64,000 nt of DNA from Rhodospirillaceae bacterium. GTDB lineage: Bacteria; Pseudomonadota; Alphaproteobacteria; Rhodospirillales; UBA2165. Location: contig CANIGJ010000003.1 in NCBI GenBank assembly GCA_947467145.1, positions 79,065-143,064 of the forward strand. Direction: 5' to 3'. Below, piece by piece: positions 9,661-20,900 of this stretch. A model generated the notes under the pieces. It saw nothing but the letters and a program-made list of their open reading frames with translations, was not told the DNA's origin and made no database searches. Made by a program: the position numbers and the translations under genes. Every line of letters starts with the position of its first letter. Position 1 is the first letter of the stretch.

Positions 9661-10098
9661 ATGGACACGATCAAACCGCTCTTTACGGCAACTGCGACCG
9701 CGACGGGTGGGCGCAACGGGCATACCGCGTCTGACGACGGCATGGTGTCAGTGGATTTGTCGGTGCCGAAGGCGATGGGCGGGCCGGGCAAGCCCGATAC
9801 CGCCACGCCTGAGCATCTGTTCGCGGCCGGTTACGCCGCCTGTTTCGGCGGTGCGCTCGATTTCATCGGTAAGCAGGCCAAGAAGGACGCCTCGAAGGCG
9901 AAGATCACGGCGGCGGTGTCCATCGGGCCGCGCGACGGCGGCGGCTTTGGTCTGGCCGTGACCTTGACCGTCGAGGATCAAAGCCTGCCCCAGGCCGAGC
10001 TGGCGGCATTGGCCAAGGATGCGCATGAAAAGATCTGTCCGTATTCGCATGCCGCGCGCGGCAATGTGGACGTGCAGTTGGAGGTTCGCGGTGCCTAG
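9661..10098 (+). CDS. ohr: organic hydroperoxide resistance protein (OsmC/Ohr family)
   Basis: 145 aa. Motifs TPEHLFAAGYAACF and CPYSHAARGN carry the two Ohr cysteines. Confidence 0.85.
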   Translation: MDTIKPLFTATATATGGRNGHTASDDGMVSVDLSVPKAMGGPGKPDTATPEHLFAAGYAACFGGALDFIGKQAKKDASKAKITAAVSIGPRDGGGFGLAVTLTVEDQSLPQAELAALAKDAHEKICPYSHAARGNVDVQLEVRGA

Positions 10099-10183
10099 CC
10101 TGTGCTTGGCCGCCGCCGATCGATCGGTCTACACTCCGGCCCAACAGACCGATAACTCGGTCAATCAAGCTGGAGGCAACACG

Positions 10184-11725
10184 ATGCGTAGATTGATGGC
10201 GGCAGCCATGACCATGGGCCTGTGCACGGCGTTGCTGTCCGGGCCGGTTGCCGCGCAGAAAGCGAAAGACACGATCCGCTTCGCGACATCGGAATCGCTC
10301 AAGCTCGTCGATCCGTACTACTTCACCCATTTCGAGGTGGCGCCGATCCATCGCGTCATCTACGAGACCCTGGTGGGTTACGATGCGCATCAGCGCAAAT
10401 TCGTCGGCGTACTCGCCAAATCCTGGACGTCGCCCGAGCCCGGCGTCTACGATTTCGAACTACGCGATGACATCGTCTTCACCAACGGCGACAAATACGA
10501 TGCCGACGACGTGGTCTATTTCCTGAATTGGACGATCGACCCCAAATCCAAGATCCATAACAAGCCGCGCTATCTGTGGGCGAAGGGCGCTGAGAAGCTC
10601 GGTCCTTACAAGGTGCGTATCCGCACGGTCGAGGCGACGCCGAAAGATCTGCTCGATGTATCGGTCAGCACCTGGGGCGAAAATTCCAAGGTCCACAAGG
10701 CGCTCGGCGACAACAACGACAGTTACGGCCGCAATCCGATCGGTACCGGCCTTTATAAGATTGCCGAGATGGATTCCAACAAGGCGATCGTCATCGTTCC
10801 GAACGAGACTTATAAGCTGAAAGGTAACGGCGAGGAAAAACCGCGCGCCAAACGTCTTGAAGCGGTGTTCATTCCGGATCAGCAGGTGCAGATGGCGCAG
10901 CTCATGACCGGCGGTATCGACATCATGCGCGATCCGACGCCCGATCAGGTGAAGGAGCTGTCACGCAATCCCAATCTGGAGGTTTCGTCGATCGTTTCGC
11001 ACAACATGATCTATCTGCAATTCGACGTCGCCAACCGTGCGGGCAACAAGGCGCTGTCGGACGAGCGCGTGCGTAAGGCGCTGGTGATGGCGATCAATCG
11101 CAACGAGATCAACACGCATATCGCGGCCGGCGGTTCGGTCTCGACCGTGAACCAGTCGATGTGTTTTGCCGACATGCTGGCGTGCGATCTCGATCCGGTG
11201 CCGCCGTATAAGTTCGATCCAGCGCAGGCGAAGAAGCTGCTGGCCGAAGCGGGCTATGCCACCGGGCTTGAGGTCGAGCTGGCCTCGCGCCAGCCATCCA
11301 AAGACGACGCCGTCGCGGTTTCGGGTTACTGGAATGCGATCGGTGTGAAGACGAGCGTGCAGCTGATGAACATCACGACGCTCGATAAAGCGCGGGCCGA
11401 TGGCAAGCTGCAGACCTATATCGGTGAGCGGCCGCTGACGACGCCCGACGCCTCGCACCCGATGGAGATTTTCTTTCTCGATGGCCGTCGTGATTATTGG
11501 CGCGATCCCGAGATGGTGGAGATCGCTAAGGAAGGTTTGAAGACGTTCGATCCGAAGAAGCGCGCCGTGGTCTATAAAAAAGCCTTCGATAAGATCAATC
11601 AGTCGGCCTATATGGTGCCGGTTCATACCTTGCCTTCGGTCTACATCCATACCAAGGACGTGAAGATTCACCTGAACAGTTTGGCGGAATACGACACGAA
11701 CATCACCGAGTTCGGCTGGAAATAA
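10184..11725 (+). CDS. ABC transporter substrate-binding protein, family 5 (peptide/nickel type), orphan
   Basis: Trimmed to ATG 10184 (MRRLMAAAMTMGLCTALLSGPVAAQ signal peptide). SBP_bac_5-like LAKSW...FELRDDIVFTNG. No permease or ATPase genes adjacent. Confidence 0.8.
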   Translation: MRRLMAAAMTMGLCTALLSGPVAAQKAKDTIRFATSESLKLVDPYYFTHFEVAPIHRVIYETLVGYDAHQRKFVGVLAKSWTSPEPGVYDFELRDDIVFTNGDKYDADDVVYFLNWTIDPKSKIHNKPRYLWAKGAEKLGPYKVRIRTVEATPKDLLDVSVSTWGENSKVHKALGDNNDSYGRNPIGTGLYKIAEMDSNKAIVIVPNETYKLKGNGEEKPRAKRLEAVFIPDQQVQMAQLMTGGIDIMRDPTPDQVKELSRNPNLEVSSIVSHNMIYLQFDVANRAGNKALSDERVRKALVMAINRNEINTHIAAGGSVSTVNQSMCFADMLACDLDPVPPYKFDPAQAKKLLAEAGYATGLEVELASRQPSKDDAVAVSGYWNAIGVKTSVQLMNITTLDKARADGKLQTYIGERPLTTPDASHPMEIFFLDGRRDYWRDPEMVEIAKEGLKTFDPKKRAVVYKKAFDKINQSAYMVPVHTLPSVYIHTKDVKIHLNSLAEYDTNITEFGWK

Positions 11726-11734
11726 GGTTCCGGA

Positions 11735-12454
11735 TCACCGTCTGAGATCGGCGAGGGCGCGGCGTTGCGTGCCGTCCGCTTCGAAATTGTCCGGTGACAG
11801 CCAGGCCTCGAAGGTGGCGCGTACGCGCGGCCATTCGCTGTCGATGATGGAAAACCACGCCGTATCGCGGCTGCGTCCTTTGACGACGATGGCCTGGCGA
11901 AAGATGCCCTCGAAGGTAAAGCCGTAACGCTCGGCGGCGTGGCGCGAAGCGGCGTTGAGCGCATCGCACTTCCATTCGTAGCGCCGATAGCCCAGCTCCT
12001 CGAACGCCCGCCGCATGAACAGATACTGGGCCTCGGTGCCGGCACGGGTGCGCATCAGCCGGCGCGAATAGCGCACATGGCCGATCTCGATCACGCCATT
12101 GGCCGGATCGATCCGCATATAGGCCGATGAGCCGACGGCTTTGTTGGTGGCGAGATCGATAATGGCCAGATGCAGCGGATCGCGGCTCAATTGGATGTTG
12201 CGGGTATGCGCCGTGAAGGCGTCGAGGGTCGCCGGCCGTTCAACCGGCAGGTAGGTCCAATCCCGATCGTCCGGTGTCTCGCCATAGGCGGCGAACAGGT
12301 TGGCGGCGTGACGCTCGGCATCGAGCTTCTCGATGCGGACATAGCGCCCGCTCAGGGGGCTGATATGGGCCGTCTCGGACGGGAACGGCCGTGGTGACCA
12401 GCCATCCAGGGCGGGGCCGATGGGCTGGCCGTAGGTGTTGAGGCGCTCGGGCAT
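11735..12454 (-). CDS. GNAT family N-acetyltransferase (RimJ/RimL-like)
   Basis: Trimmed to ATG 12454 ([10 protein letters not shown]). GNAT core [45 protein letters not shown]. Confidence 0.75.
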   Translation of the reverse strand: MPERLNTYGQPIGPALDGWSPRPFPSETAHISPLSGRYVRIEKLDAERHAANLFAAYGETPDDRDWTYLPVERPATLDAFTAHTRNIQLSRDPLHLAIIDLATNKAVGSSAYMRIDPANGVIEIGHVRYSRRLMRTRAGTEAQYLFMRRAFEELGYRRYEWKCDALNAASRHAAERYGFTFEGIFRQAIVVKGRSRDTAWFSIIDSEWPRVRATFEAWLSPDNFEADGTQRRALADLRR

Positions 12455-12538
12455 GATCGCGGGAACATAACAGGAATAATTTGCCCCGGCGCACAGAAAT
12501 TGCGTGATTTTCCGGCAGGCTGCGATATTTTGCCCGCC

Positions 12539-13774
12539 ATGAACAATCCGTCCCAAACATTGCCCTTGGCCAACTCGTTCCGCAACGGCCCCGACGAGAC
12601 CGGCCATTTCGGCATCTATGGTGGCCGCTACGTGGCCGAAACCCTAATGCCGCTGATCCTCGACGTCGATCGCGCCTATAACGAGGTCAAGGACGACACC
12701 GCCTTCCGCGCCGAGCTTGCCGGGTATCTGTCGTCCTATGTCGGCCGCCCGACGCCGCTTTATTACGCCAAGCGCATGTCTGAGAAGCTGGGCGGGGCGA
12801 AAATCTTCTTCAAGCGCGAAGACCTGAACCACACCGGCGCGCACAAAGTGAACAATTGCATGGGGCAGATCCTGCTCGCACGCCGTATGGGCAAGACCCG
12901 CATTATTGCCGAGACGGGGGCCGGCATGCATGGTGTCGCGACCGCGACGGTGTGCGCGCTGTTCGATGTGCCCTGCACGATCTATATGGGTGCGACCGAT
13001 ATCGAGCGCCAGGCGCCGAACGTCATGCGCATGAAGATGCTGGGTGCTGAAGTCAAACCGGTGACGTCCGGCTCGGCGACCCTGAAGGACGCGATGAACG
13101 ACGCGCTGCGCGATTGGGTCGCCAATGTTTCGGACACCTATTACATCATCGGCACGGTGGCGGGCCCGCACCCCTACCCGACGATGGTGCGCGATTTCCA
13201 ATCCGTCATCGGCGATGAAACCCGCAAACAGATGCAGGAACTCGAAGGTCGCTTGCCTGACAGCGTGGTCGCCTGCATCGGCGGCGGCTCCAACGCCATG
13301 GGCATCTTCCATCCGTTCCTGGATGATCCGAGCGTGCGCCTGATCGCAACCGAAGCCGCGGGCGAAGGCATCGAGACCGGCAAACATGCGGCCAGCCTCA
13401 GCGCCGGCGCGCCGGGCGTGCTGCACGGCAACCGCACGTACCTGCTGCAGGATGCCGATGGTCAGATCACGGAAGCGCATTCCATCTCGGCCGGGCTCGA
13501 TTATCCCGGCATCGGCCCGGAACATTCCTGGCTGCACGATATTGGCCGCGTCGAATATGTCTCGATCACGGATAAGGAAGCGGTGGATGCCTATCAGGCC
13601 TGCACGCGCACCGAAGGCATCATCCCGGCGCTCGAGTCCTCGCACGCCGTCGCGCATGCGATGAAGATCGCAGGCTCGCTACCGAAGGATCACCTGATGG
13701 TGGTCAATATGAGCGGGCGCGGCGACAAGGATCTGGACTCGGTCGGCCGCTGGCTCGCGGATCACGATTCATGA
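12539..13774 (+). CDS. trpB: tryptophan synthase beta chain
   Basis: Trimmed to ATG 12539. Motifs [26 protein letters not shown] (PLP lysine) and GGGSNAMG. Confidence 0.95.
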   Translation: MNNPSQTLPLANSFRNGPDETGHFGIYGGRYVAETLMPLILDVDRAYNEVKDDTAFRAELAGYLSSYVGRPTPLYYAKRMSEKLGGAKIFFKREDLNHTGAHKVNNCMGQILLARRMGKTRIIAETGAGMHGVATATVCALFDVPCTIYMGATDIERQAPNVMRMKMLGAEVKPVTSGSATLKDAMNDALRDWVANVSDTYYIIGTVAGPHPYPTMVRDFQSVIGDETRKQMQELEGRLPDSVVACIGGGSNAMGIFHPFLDDPSVRLIATEAAGEGIETGKHAASLSAGAPGVLHGNRTYLLQDADGQITEAHSISAGLDYPGIGPEHSWLHDIGRVEYVSITDKEAVDAYQACTRTEGIIPALESSHAVAHAMKIAGSLPKDHLMVVNMSGRGDKDLDSVGRWLADHDS

Positions 13775-14592
13775 GCCGCATCGCCGCTAAATTCGCCTCT
13801 CTTAAAAAAGAAGGACGCGCCGGCTTCGTCACCTTCGTGACGGCGGGCGATCCCGACCTCGCAACCTCGTCGAAGATCCTGGCTGGCCTCGCTGGTGCGG
13901 GCGCCGATATGATCGAGCTCGGCATGCCGTTCTCCGATCCGATGGCGGATGGGCCTGCGGTCCAGGCGTCGAGTCTGCGCGCGCTGAACAGCGGTGCGAA
14001 CATGAAACAGACCTTGGCGATGGTGCGGACGTTCCGTCAAAGTGACGATGCGACGCCGATCATTCTGATGGGCTATTTCAATCCGATCTATGCTTACGGC
14101 ACGGACAAGTTTGTGGCGGACGCGAAAGCGGCCGGCGTCGATGGCTTGATCGTTGTCGACCTGCCGCCCGAAGAGAGCGAACTGAGCAAGCCCACCGCCG
14201 ATGCCGGGCTCGATTTCATTTTCTTGGCGACGCCAACCAGCGATGACAAGCGTCTGCCGGCGATCGTGAAGCATGCGAGCGGCTTTCTGTATTACGTCGC
14301 CATCGCCGGCATCACCGGTACGCGCAGCGCCGATACCGATGCGGTGGCGAGCGCGTTGGTGCGGTTGCGCAAGCATACCAAGCTACCGATTGCCGTCGGC
14401 TTCGGCATCAAGACGCCCGAGAATGCCGCCCAGATGGCCAAATCGGCCGATGCCGTCGTCGTCGGCTCGGCGCTCGTCGAAAAGCTGCGCGAGGGACTGG
14501 ATGCGAATGACAGGCCGACCGCATCATGCGTCGATGGCGTGCTCGAGTTCGCCCGCGATCTCGCCAAGGGCGTTCGCTCCGTTTCCAAATAA
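13771..14592 (+). CDS. trpA: tryptophan synthase alpha chain
   Basis: 273 aa. Motifs [14 protein letters not shown] and [14 protein letters not shown] overlap with trpB. Confidence 0.9.
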   Translation: MSRIAAKFASLKKEGRAGFVTFVTAGDPDLATSSKILAGLAGAGADMIELGMPFSDPMADGPAVQASSLRALNSGANMKQTLAMVRTFRQSDDATPIILMGYFNPIYAYGTDKFVADAKAAGVDGLIVVDLPPEESELSKPTADAGLDFIFLATPTSDDKRLPAIVKHASGFLYYVAIAGITGTRSADTDAVASALVRLRKHTKLPIAVGFGIKTPENAAQMAKSADAVVVGSALVEKLREGLDANDRPTASCVDGVLEFARDLAKGVRSVSK

Positions 14593-15881
14593 TGCAGATT
14601 TCACCCGAAACCGCGGTGATCGTCGAACGGCTTAACCGCCTACACCCGCGGGTAATCGACCTGTCGCTCGGACGGATGCAGAAGCTGCTGGCCAAGCTCG
14701 GCAACCCGGAACGGCATATCCCGCCGGTCGTCCATGTCGCCGGCACCAACGGCAAGGGCTCCACGCTCGCCTTCATGCGCGCGATTGTCGAAGCCGCTGG
14801 GCAAACGTCGCATGCCTATACCTCGCCGCATCTGGTGCATTTCAACGAACGCATCCGCGTGGCGGGCGAGATCATTTCCAACGCGCATCTGATGCAATTG
14901 ATCGACGATTGCGAGGCGGCGAACGCGGGCGATCCGATCACGTTTTTCGAGATCACCACGGCCATTGCCTTCAAGGCTTTCGCGGACAACGCGGCCGATG
15001 TCACCTTGCTCGAAACCGGATTGGGCGGCCGCCTCGATGCGACCAACGTGATCGACACGCCGGCGGTTACCGCGATCACGTCGATCTCTATCGATCATGT
15101 GGCGTTCCTCGGCGATACGCTGGCCAAGATCGCGTTCGAGAAAGCGGGCATCCTGAAGGCGGGTGTGCCATGCGTCGTTGCGGCGCAGGAGAAAGAGTCG
15201 CTCGACGTGATTATCGCACGCGCCGCCGAGATCGGTGCGCCACTCTTACTTCATGGGCGCGATTGGTCGTTCGAGAAACGTGGCGAGCGCCTGCATGTGA
15301 CGACATCGCGCCGCACGCTCGATCTGCCGTTGCCGAATTTGCTCGGCGCGCATCAGTTGGGCAATGCCGCGCAGGCGGTTGCGACCCTTGATGCGCGTGA
15401 CGCGCCGCTGTTAGATGCTGCGGTCGTGGCGCGCGGGTTGACCTCAGCCGAATGGCCGGCACGCATGCAACGCCTGACTAAGGGACCGCTCGCCGCGCTT
15501 CTGCCGAAAGACTGGGAGCTGTGGCTTGATGGCGGACACAATCCCGGTGCGGGATTGATCGTGGCGGAGCAGATGCGACGCTGGTCCGATAAGCCGATCT
15601 ACATGGTCTTCGGGATTCTCAATTCGAAAGATCCGGACGGTTTCATTCAGCCGTTGGTGCCGCACGTCGCCAAACTCGCAGCCCTGACCATTCCGGACGA
15701 AGAAAATTCGATCGGTAGCGCAGAAGCCACCGCAGTGGCGCGCCGCAACGGCATCGATGCGATTGAGGTGGCCTCGGCCGAAGAGGGGGTTGCGCGTCTC
15801 GCGGCGGAACGTGGACCCGGCCGCATCCTGATCTGCGGCTCGCTTTACCTCGCCGGAACCATCCTCGCGGATAATTCCTAG
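14592..15881 (+). CDS. folC: bifunctional folylpolyglutamate synthase/dihydrofolate synthase
   Basis: Trimmed to ATG 14592, overlapping the trpA stop (TAATG). P-loop VAGTNGKGST and Mur-ligase-like LETGLGGRLDATN. Confidence 0.85.
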   Translation: MQISPETAVIVERLNRLHPRVIDLSLGRMQKLLAKLGNPERHIPPVVHVAGTNGKGSTLAFMRAIVEAAGQTSHAYTSPHLVHFNERIRVAGEIISNAHLMQLIDDCEAANAGDPITFFEITTAIAFKAFADNAADVTLLETGLGGRLDATNVIDTPAVTAITSISIDHVAFLGDTLAKIAFEKAGILKAGVPCVVAAQEKESLDVIIARAAEIGAPLLLHGRDWSFEKRGERLHVTTSRRTLDLPLPNLLGAHQLGNAAQAVATLDARDAPLLDAAVVARGLTSAEWPARMQRLTKGPLAALLPKDWELWLDGGHNPGAGLIVAEQMRRWSDKPIYMVFGILNSKDPDGFIQPLVPHVAKLAALTIPDEENSIGSAEATAVARRNGIDAIEVASAEEGVARLAAERGPGRILICGSLYLAGTILADNS

Positions 15882-17437
15882 GCGGGCGTCAAAATCCCAA
15901 GCTCAATGAATTTGGCAAGGCGTTGCGCACGGAATGTCGTGAGCGCGTTTTCGACTGCCGTCAGTTCCGACCCGCCACCTTCGAATACCATCTCTTTGCC
16001 GGATTCAATCAGGCGGCGATAGGCCCAACCGCCGACACCATCGCTTTTGGATTCAACCGAGCACAGCGCGAACAGGGCATCGGCCATCGACGTTTCGATC
16101 CCGATACCGGCGGTAGGGGCGACAAGGCCCAGCACCGGTTGGTGCAGCAGGCGCGCCTTTAGGAAGGCGATGTTCGCTTTGGCGGGGAAAGTGTAGCGAT
16201 CGGCTTTGAGCGCATCGGCCGACGGTGCCTTGGTGGTGCGTTGGAACGGCACCAATTGTCCGCCTGCGCTTAGAAAACGGATGGCGTCGGTCAGCAGCTC
16301 CGGGCCGTAGCTCGACAGCCCGTCGATCTGAACAAGCTGGTTCACCGATTTGGCGCCGGCAGCGCAGGCTTCGATAACGCGCTCAAATACTTCGGCGACG
16401 AATTTAAGTTCGACCTCGCCGAAGCGATGAATGCGCTTGAAGGCTTCGGCCGAGCAGGTGGTGCCGAACGGAATCGCGGCGAGGGCCGCCGACTGTTCTT
16501 CCAGCTTCAGGGTCGGCTCGCCGCCGTGACCGTCGGGTTGGCGGCTCATCACGAACACATCCTTGCGGAAGCGCTGATTGCGGATGAAGTCGCCATTGCT
16601 TTCGAATTCATGACGCGAGGTCGATTTCGTCAGCAGGGTGCGGAAATCGCCGGGCACGGCGAGATCGACGAAATTGAGATGGATGATCGCGCTGCCCGAA
16701 TAGTACAGCCCGGCGCTGCGCATCTCGGTCGCGACTTCGCGGAAATAATACGGTTTGATCGCGCCGCCGAAGAATTCGTGCGCGACGTAGCTGACGTCTT
16801 GTTTGGTGATTTCATCGACGAAGGCGGCGAGCGGCGGATTGTCTTCGAAGAAGCCGGCTTTGCGTTGGCGCAGGTAGGCGACGAAATCGAGCCCGGCCTG
16901 CGCCTTGGTGAAACTGTCGGTCGTGAGGCCGCGTGTATGCTGCAGCATCAATTCGCGCAACGGCGCGATGGCGGCCCAGCCCGGCATCGCATCATAACTG
17001 ACATAGACGATGCCGGCCGGTTTGACCTTCGTCTTCAGGAATTCGCGCAAAGAATTGCGTCGTCCCGGATCGACCCAGGAATAGACGCCGTGCGCGACGG
17101 CAAAATCGAAATCGGGCAAATCCTGCGTCAGGAGATCGTTGAAATCGTAGGCATGGAATTCGACATTGGTCAGCCCGGCTTCGGCCGCCATCGCGCGGCC
17201 GTTGGCGACATGCTGTTCGTTGAAATCGATGCCGACGAAGTGTCCGTGCGGATAGAGCTGAGCAAAGGCGATGATGGACAAGCCATGCCCGCAGCCGAGG
17301 TCGCAATAGGTGAAGGGCTGATCGAGCGGGCGCGGCGCGTGGCCGTTGAGCAGGCAGACGTAATTGAGGTGGGTCGGATTGAGCTCGGCGTAGAAGCCCC
17401 AGGTATAGGGCGTGTCCGTCAGATATCCCTCGGCCAT
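15878..17437 (-). CDS. class I SAM-dependent methyltransferase with C-terminal methyltransferase-regulatory domain
   Basis: Trimmed to ATG 17437 (MAEGYLTDTPYTWGFY). SAM motif CDLGCGHGLS. Long C-terminal domain of the type I recall as PF10119. Confidence 0.7.
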   Translation of the reverse strand: MAEGYLTDTPYTWGFYAELNPTHLNYVCLLNGHAPRPLDQPFTYCDLGCGHGLSIIAFAQLYPHGHFVGIDFNEQHVANGRAMAAEAGLTNVEFHAYDFNDLLTQDLPDFDFAVAHGVYSWVDPGRRNSLREFLKTKVKPAGIVYVSYDAMPGWAAIAPLRELMLQHTRGLTTDSFTKAQAGLDFVAYLRQRKAGFFEDNPPLAAFVDEITKQDVSYVAHEFFGGAIKPYYFREVATEMRSAGLYYSGSAIIHLNFVDLAVPGDFRTLLTKSTSRHEFESNGDFIRNQRFRKDVFVMSRQPDGHGGEPTLKLEEQSAALAAIPFGTTCSAEAFKRIHRFGEVELKFVAEVFERVIEACAAGAKSVNQLVQIDGLSSYGPELLTDAIRFLSAGGQLVPFQRTTKAPSADALKADRYTFPAKANIAFLKARLLHQPVLGLVAPTAGIGIETSMADALFALCSVESKSDGVGGWAYRRLIESGKEMVFEGGGSELTAVENALTTFRAQRLAKFIELGILTPA

Positions 17438-17452
17438 GTTACTTTCGCCCCT

Positions 17453-17482
17453 CAAACAAAAACCCCGCCGTCACCGGCGGGG
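17453..17482 (-). terminator. Rho-independent terminator of trxA
   Basis: On the minus strand, CCCCGCCG-GTGA-CGGCGGGG is followed by TTTTTGTTT. Confidence 0.8.
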
Positions 17483-17540
17483 TCACTGTTAATCGATTCG
17501 TCTAAATTGAGCCAGAGCCACACAAAAGCTCAGGGCAAAC

Positions 17541-17858
17541 TTAGATGACGGATTCGATCCATTCCTTGAGCTTGTTCTTGGGCAGCGCGCCGACCTTGGT
17601 CGCCGCGACCTTGCCGTCCTTGAACAGCATCAGGGTGGGGATGCCGCGAATGCCGTATTGGCCGGGGGTCTGAGGATTTTCGTCCACATTCACCTTGGCG
17701 ATGGTCAGTTTGCCGTCGAGTTCGGCGCTGATCTCTTCCAACGCGGGCGCGATTTGCTTACAGGGACCGCACCATTCCGCCCAGAAATCGACCAAAACCG
17801 GGCCGGATGCGTCGAGAACATCGGATTTGAAGGATGAATCGCTGACTGGTTTGGACAT
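17541..17858 (-). CDS. trxA: thioredoxin
   Basis: 105 aa with the WCGPCK active site. Confidence 0.95.
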   Translation of the reverse strand: MSKPVSDSSFKSDVLDASGPVLVDFWAEWCGPCKQIAPALEEISAELDGKLTIAKVNVDENPQTPGQYGIRGIPTLMLFKDGKVAATKVGALPKNKLKEWIESVI

Positions 17859-17920
17859 CGAGATTTCCTGTCGTTTTTATTCAACGTGATGGTTGAATCT
17901 AGGTTTGAGGTGACCCAGCG

Positions 17921-20900
17921 TCAAGATGAGCCCAGATCGGTCAGCATTAGCAACTCTGGCGGTAAGGGCATTAGCCGCGCGCCGTCCGTCCACAACAGGT
18001 AGCAATCGATGCGTTTGTCGGGATACACGAGCGCCAGGGCGGCGCGGTAAACCGCCATTTGCCGCAGATAGATATCGGGCACGTCGGCGGCCTGCGACGG
18101 CGGCGGCCGGTTGGTTTTGAAATCGACCACGCCGACCGAATCTTCCAGCACCACGATACGGTCGAGCTGGGCCGAAACGACCGCATCGCCGACGCGCCCG
18201 ACCAAGGGCACCTCGGCGCGCGATCCCGGCCCGAACAGGAAGGCCGATTCGGGGGCGGACAGGACCGCCAGTGTCTCGTCGACGATCTTCGCTTGTTCGT
18301 CGGCCGTCAATTCATGTGCCGGCCGTGTCACGAAGCGCAGTGCCGCCGCGCGGCGGGCATCGGGTGTCAGGTCAGGCAAGGTCTGCAATAGGCTGTGCAC
18401 GATGCGCCCGCGCCGGAAGCGCACGCCGGCATCGGTGCCGAGCGGCGAGACGACGGGCGGCTCGGCGCCGTCGGGGCGCGACGGGGCCAGTGGGCGCGGC
18501 GGTGTTTCTTCGGCGGGTGCGGGCAGATGCGCCCAGGGCTTCAGCGGTGCGATCGGCTCATCGGCTTTGGGGGCGCTGCCTTCCATGTGCGTCGTCTGCG
18601 CCGAGTGCAGGCGCAGCAGGGTCGCACTGTCGGTCTCGTCTTGCTGCACGAGGAACGGATCCTCGACCGGCGTCGCAATCTCCGACAGCCCGCGTTCGAT
18701 CAGATTGTACCAGCAGCCGTCGGGCGGTGTGGTCTTGGTGCGCCAGCCGCAGACATACAGCCGGTCGCGCGCGCGCGTCAGCGCGACATACAGCAAACGG
18801 CGATATTCCTGCTCGCGCAGGTATTTGATCTTTTCGCGCTCGGCATCGCATAGCGGATCGTGCAGCGCGCGCTTGGGCGCCCACAAGAACGCTTCAACGC
18901 CGTTGTGCGACGGCCAGAAGAAACGTTCGTCGGTGCGCGGCGTCTGGAAGGTATCGGGCAGGAAGACGATGGGCGCTTCGAGGCCTTTGGCGCCATGCAC
19001 GGTGATGACGCGCACGGCATCGCGCGCCCCTTGATCGAGATCGCGTTTGATTTCGACATCGCCGACCTCGACCCAGTGCAGAAAGCCTTCCAGGGTCGGC
19101 ACGTGTGCGGATTCGTACGATAGCGCGAGATTGACAAATTCGGTGATCGGATCAGCCGCGTCTGGCCCCAGGCGCGCCAGCAGCTTTTCGCGTCCGCGCA
19201 AACGCCCGCCCAGGATTTCGCCGAAAAATTCATAGGGCGCCAGGATATCGGCGCGCGTCATGACGGCGCTGAGCGATTCGAAGGCGCGGGCGAAATCGGC
19301 GTTGGATTGTGCTTTCGTACGCAACGCATCCCACAGGCTGCCGCTACGGCCATGCGCGAGCGTGAACAATTGCTCTTCGCTCAAATCGATGAGCGGACCT
19401 TTGAGCACGGTCGCCAAGGTCAGATCGTCTTCTGGCAGCAAGGCGACATGGCCGAGCGCCATCAGATCCATCACCGCGATCTGCTGCGTCAGATGCATGC
19501 GGTCCACGCCGGCGACGGCGATGTTCAGTTCCTTGAGTGCGCGCACCAAATCGTCGACGAAGCCGGTGCGGTGGCGCACCAGCACCATGATGTCGCCCGG
19601 CCGGATCGGCCGGCCGGCGGACTCCAGCCGTTCGCCCGTCGCGATCATCTGTTCGATGCGCCGCGCGATCAGAAACGCCAGGCGGGTTTGCGCCGAATCG
19701 GCGCGGATGCGTTCCACGGGTGGCTTCCACGCCGTCGGCCCTTCGGATTCGCGCGGGGATACGGCGGGCCATAGTTCGACCAGGCCACCGTCGCCGATGC
19801 GCTTGGCGATGTGGTGAATGATGGCATCGTCGAAGGCGACGCCGTCGTGCGCGTCGGTCTGGGCAAAAATTTTGTCGATCGCCTCCAGTACCGCTGGGGT
19901 CGAACGGAACGACACGTCCAGCGCCACTTGTTCCAAACGCTTCTCTATGGCGTTGAGCCGTTCGGCGAAAATACCGCGCATTTCCAGGAAAGAATGCGGA
20001 TCGGCGCCCTGGAAACTGTAGATCGATTGTTTGACGTCGCCGACGGCGAAAACGGTGCGCGGTGTGTCGCGTTGGCCGAGCCCGGCGAAGAATTCCTCGG
20101 CGAGTGCCCGCATGATCGACCATTGTTCGGGGCTGGTGTCCTGCGCCTCGTCGATCAGGATGTGGTCGAGCCCGCCATCCAGTTTGAACAGCACCCAAGG
20201 TGCGACGCCGGGGCGCTGCAGCAGCGCCACCGCGCGCGCGATCAGATCGGCGTAATCGACCAGGCCGTGATCCGCTTTGCGCTTTTCATAACGCGCGAGC
20301 AATTCGATGCCGATGCGCAGCAGCGCCGCCGTGCATTCCGCGATCTCGGCCGATTTCATTCGGCTGCAGACGGTGAGGATACGTTCGGCTTCGATCTGCA
20401 AGGCTTCCGCGATATCGGGATTGTCCGTGCCGAGTTTTTTGGTGATCAGGCTGGCGCGGATCGTACCGGTGGCGGTGAGATACACCCCGCAATAGGCATC
20501 GAAATCGGCGCGTGTGCGTTCGTGCAGCGCCAACCATGTGGCCAGCAGGCTCCCGCGCTCCTGATCGGTCTTCGTGCCGCCCGCCAGGATCGAGCAGGCG
20601 CGGCGCAGGGCGCCGCCGTCGAACGCCGGTTCGAGCGATCCTGCCGTCACAATTGTGTCGGCGGTTTCGCGGTCGTTCAATCCAAGCGTCGTATAAAGCG
20701 CGTTAATCGCCGCATCGAAACTGCCCGCAGTTTCGACAATGCGCTGGATACGCCCGCGTGTGGCGGTCAGTGACGCAATCAGTGAGGTGAATTGTTCGCT
20801 GTCTTGAACATGCCGCGTGACGATGCTGAGTGCTTCGGCGAGGGTAGGGTCGCGCCCAGCGAGTGCGCGCGATAGGATATCCTCCATCGCATCGGCCAGC

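Noticed and set aside
17879-17898. Dyad ATTCAAC-gtgatg-GTTGAAT between addA and trxA.
   Set aside because: It is short and AT-rich and could be a weak terminator or part of a promoter. There is no second copy and no supporting context.
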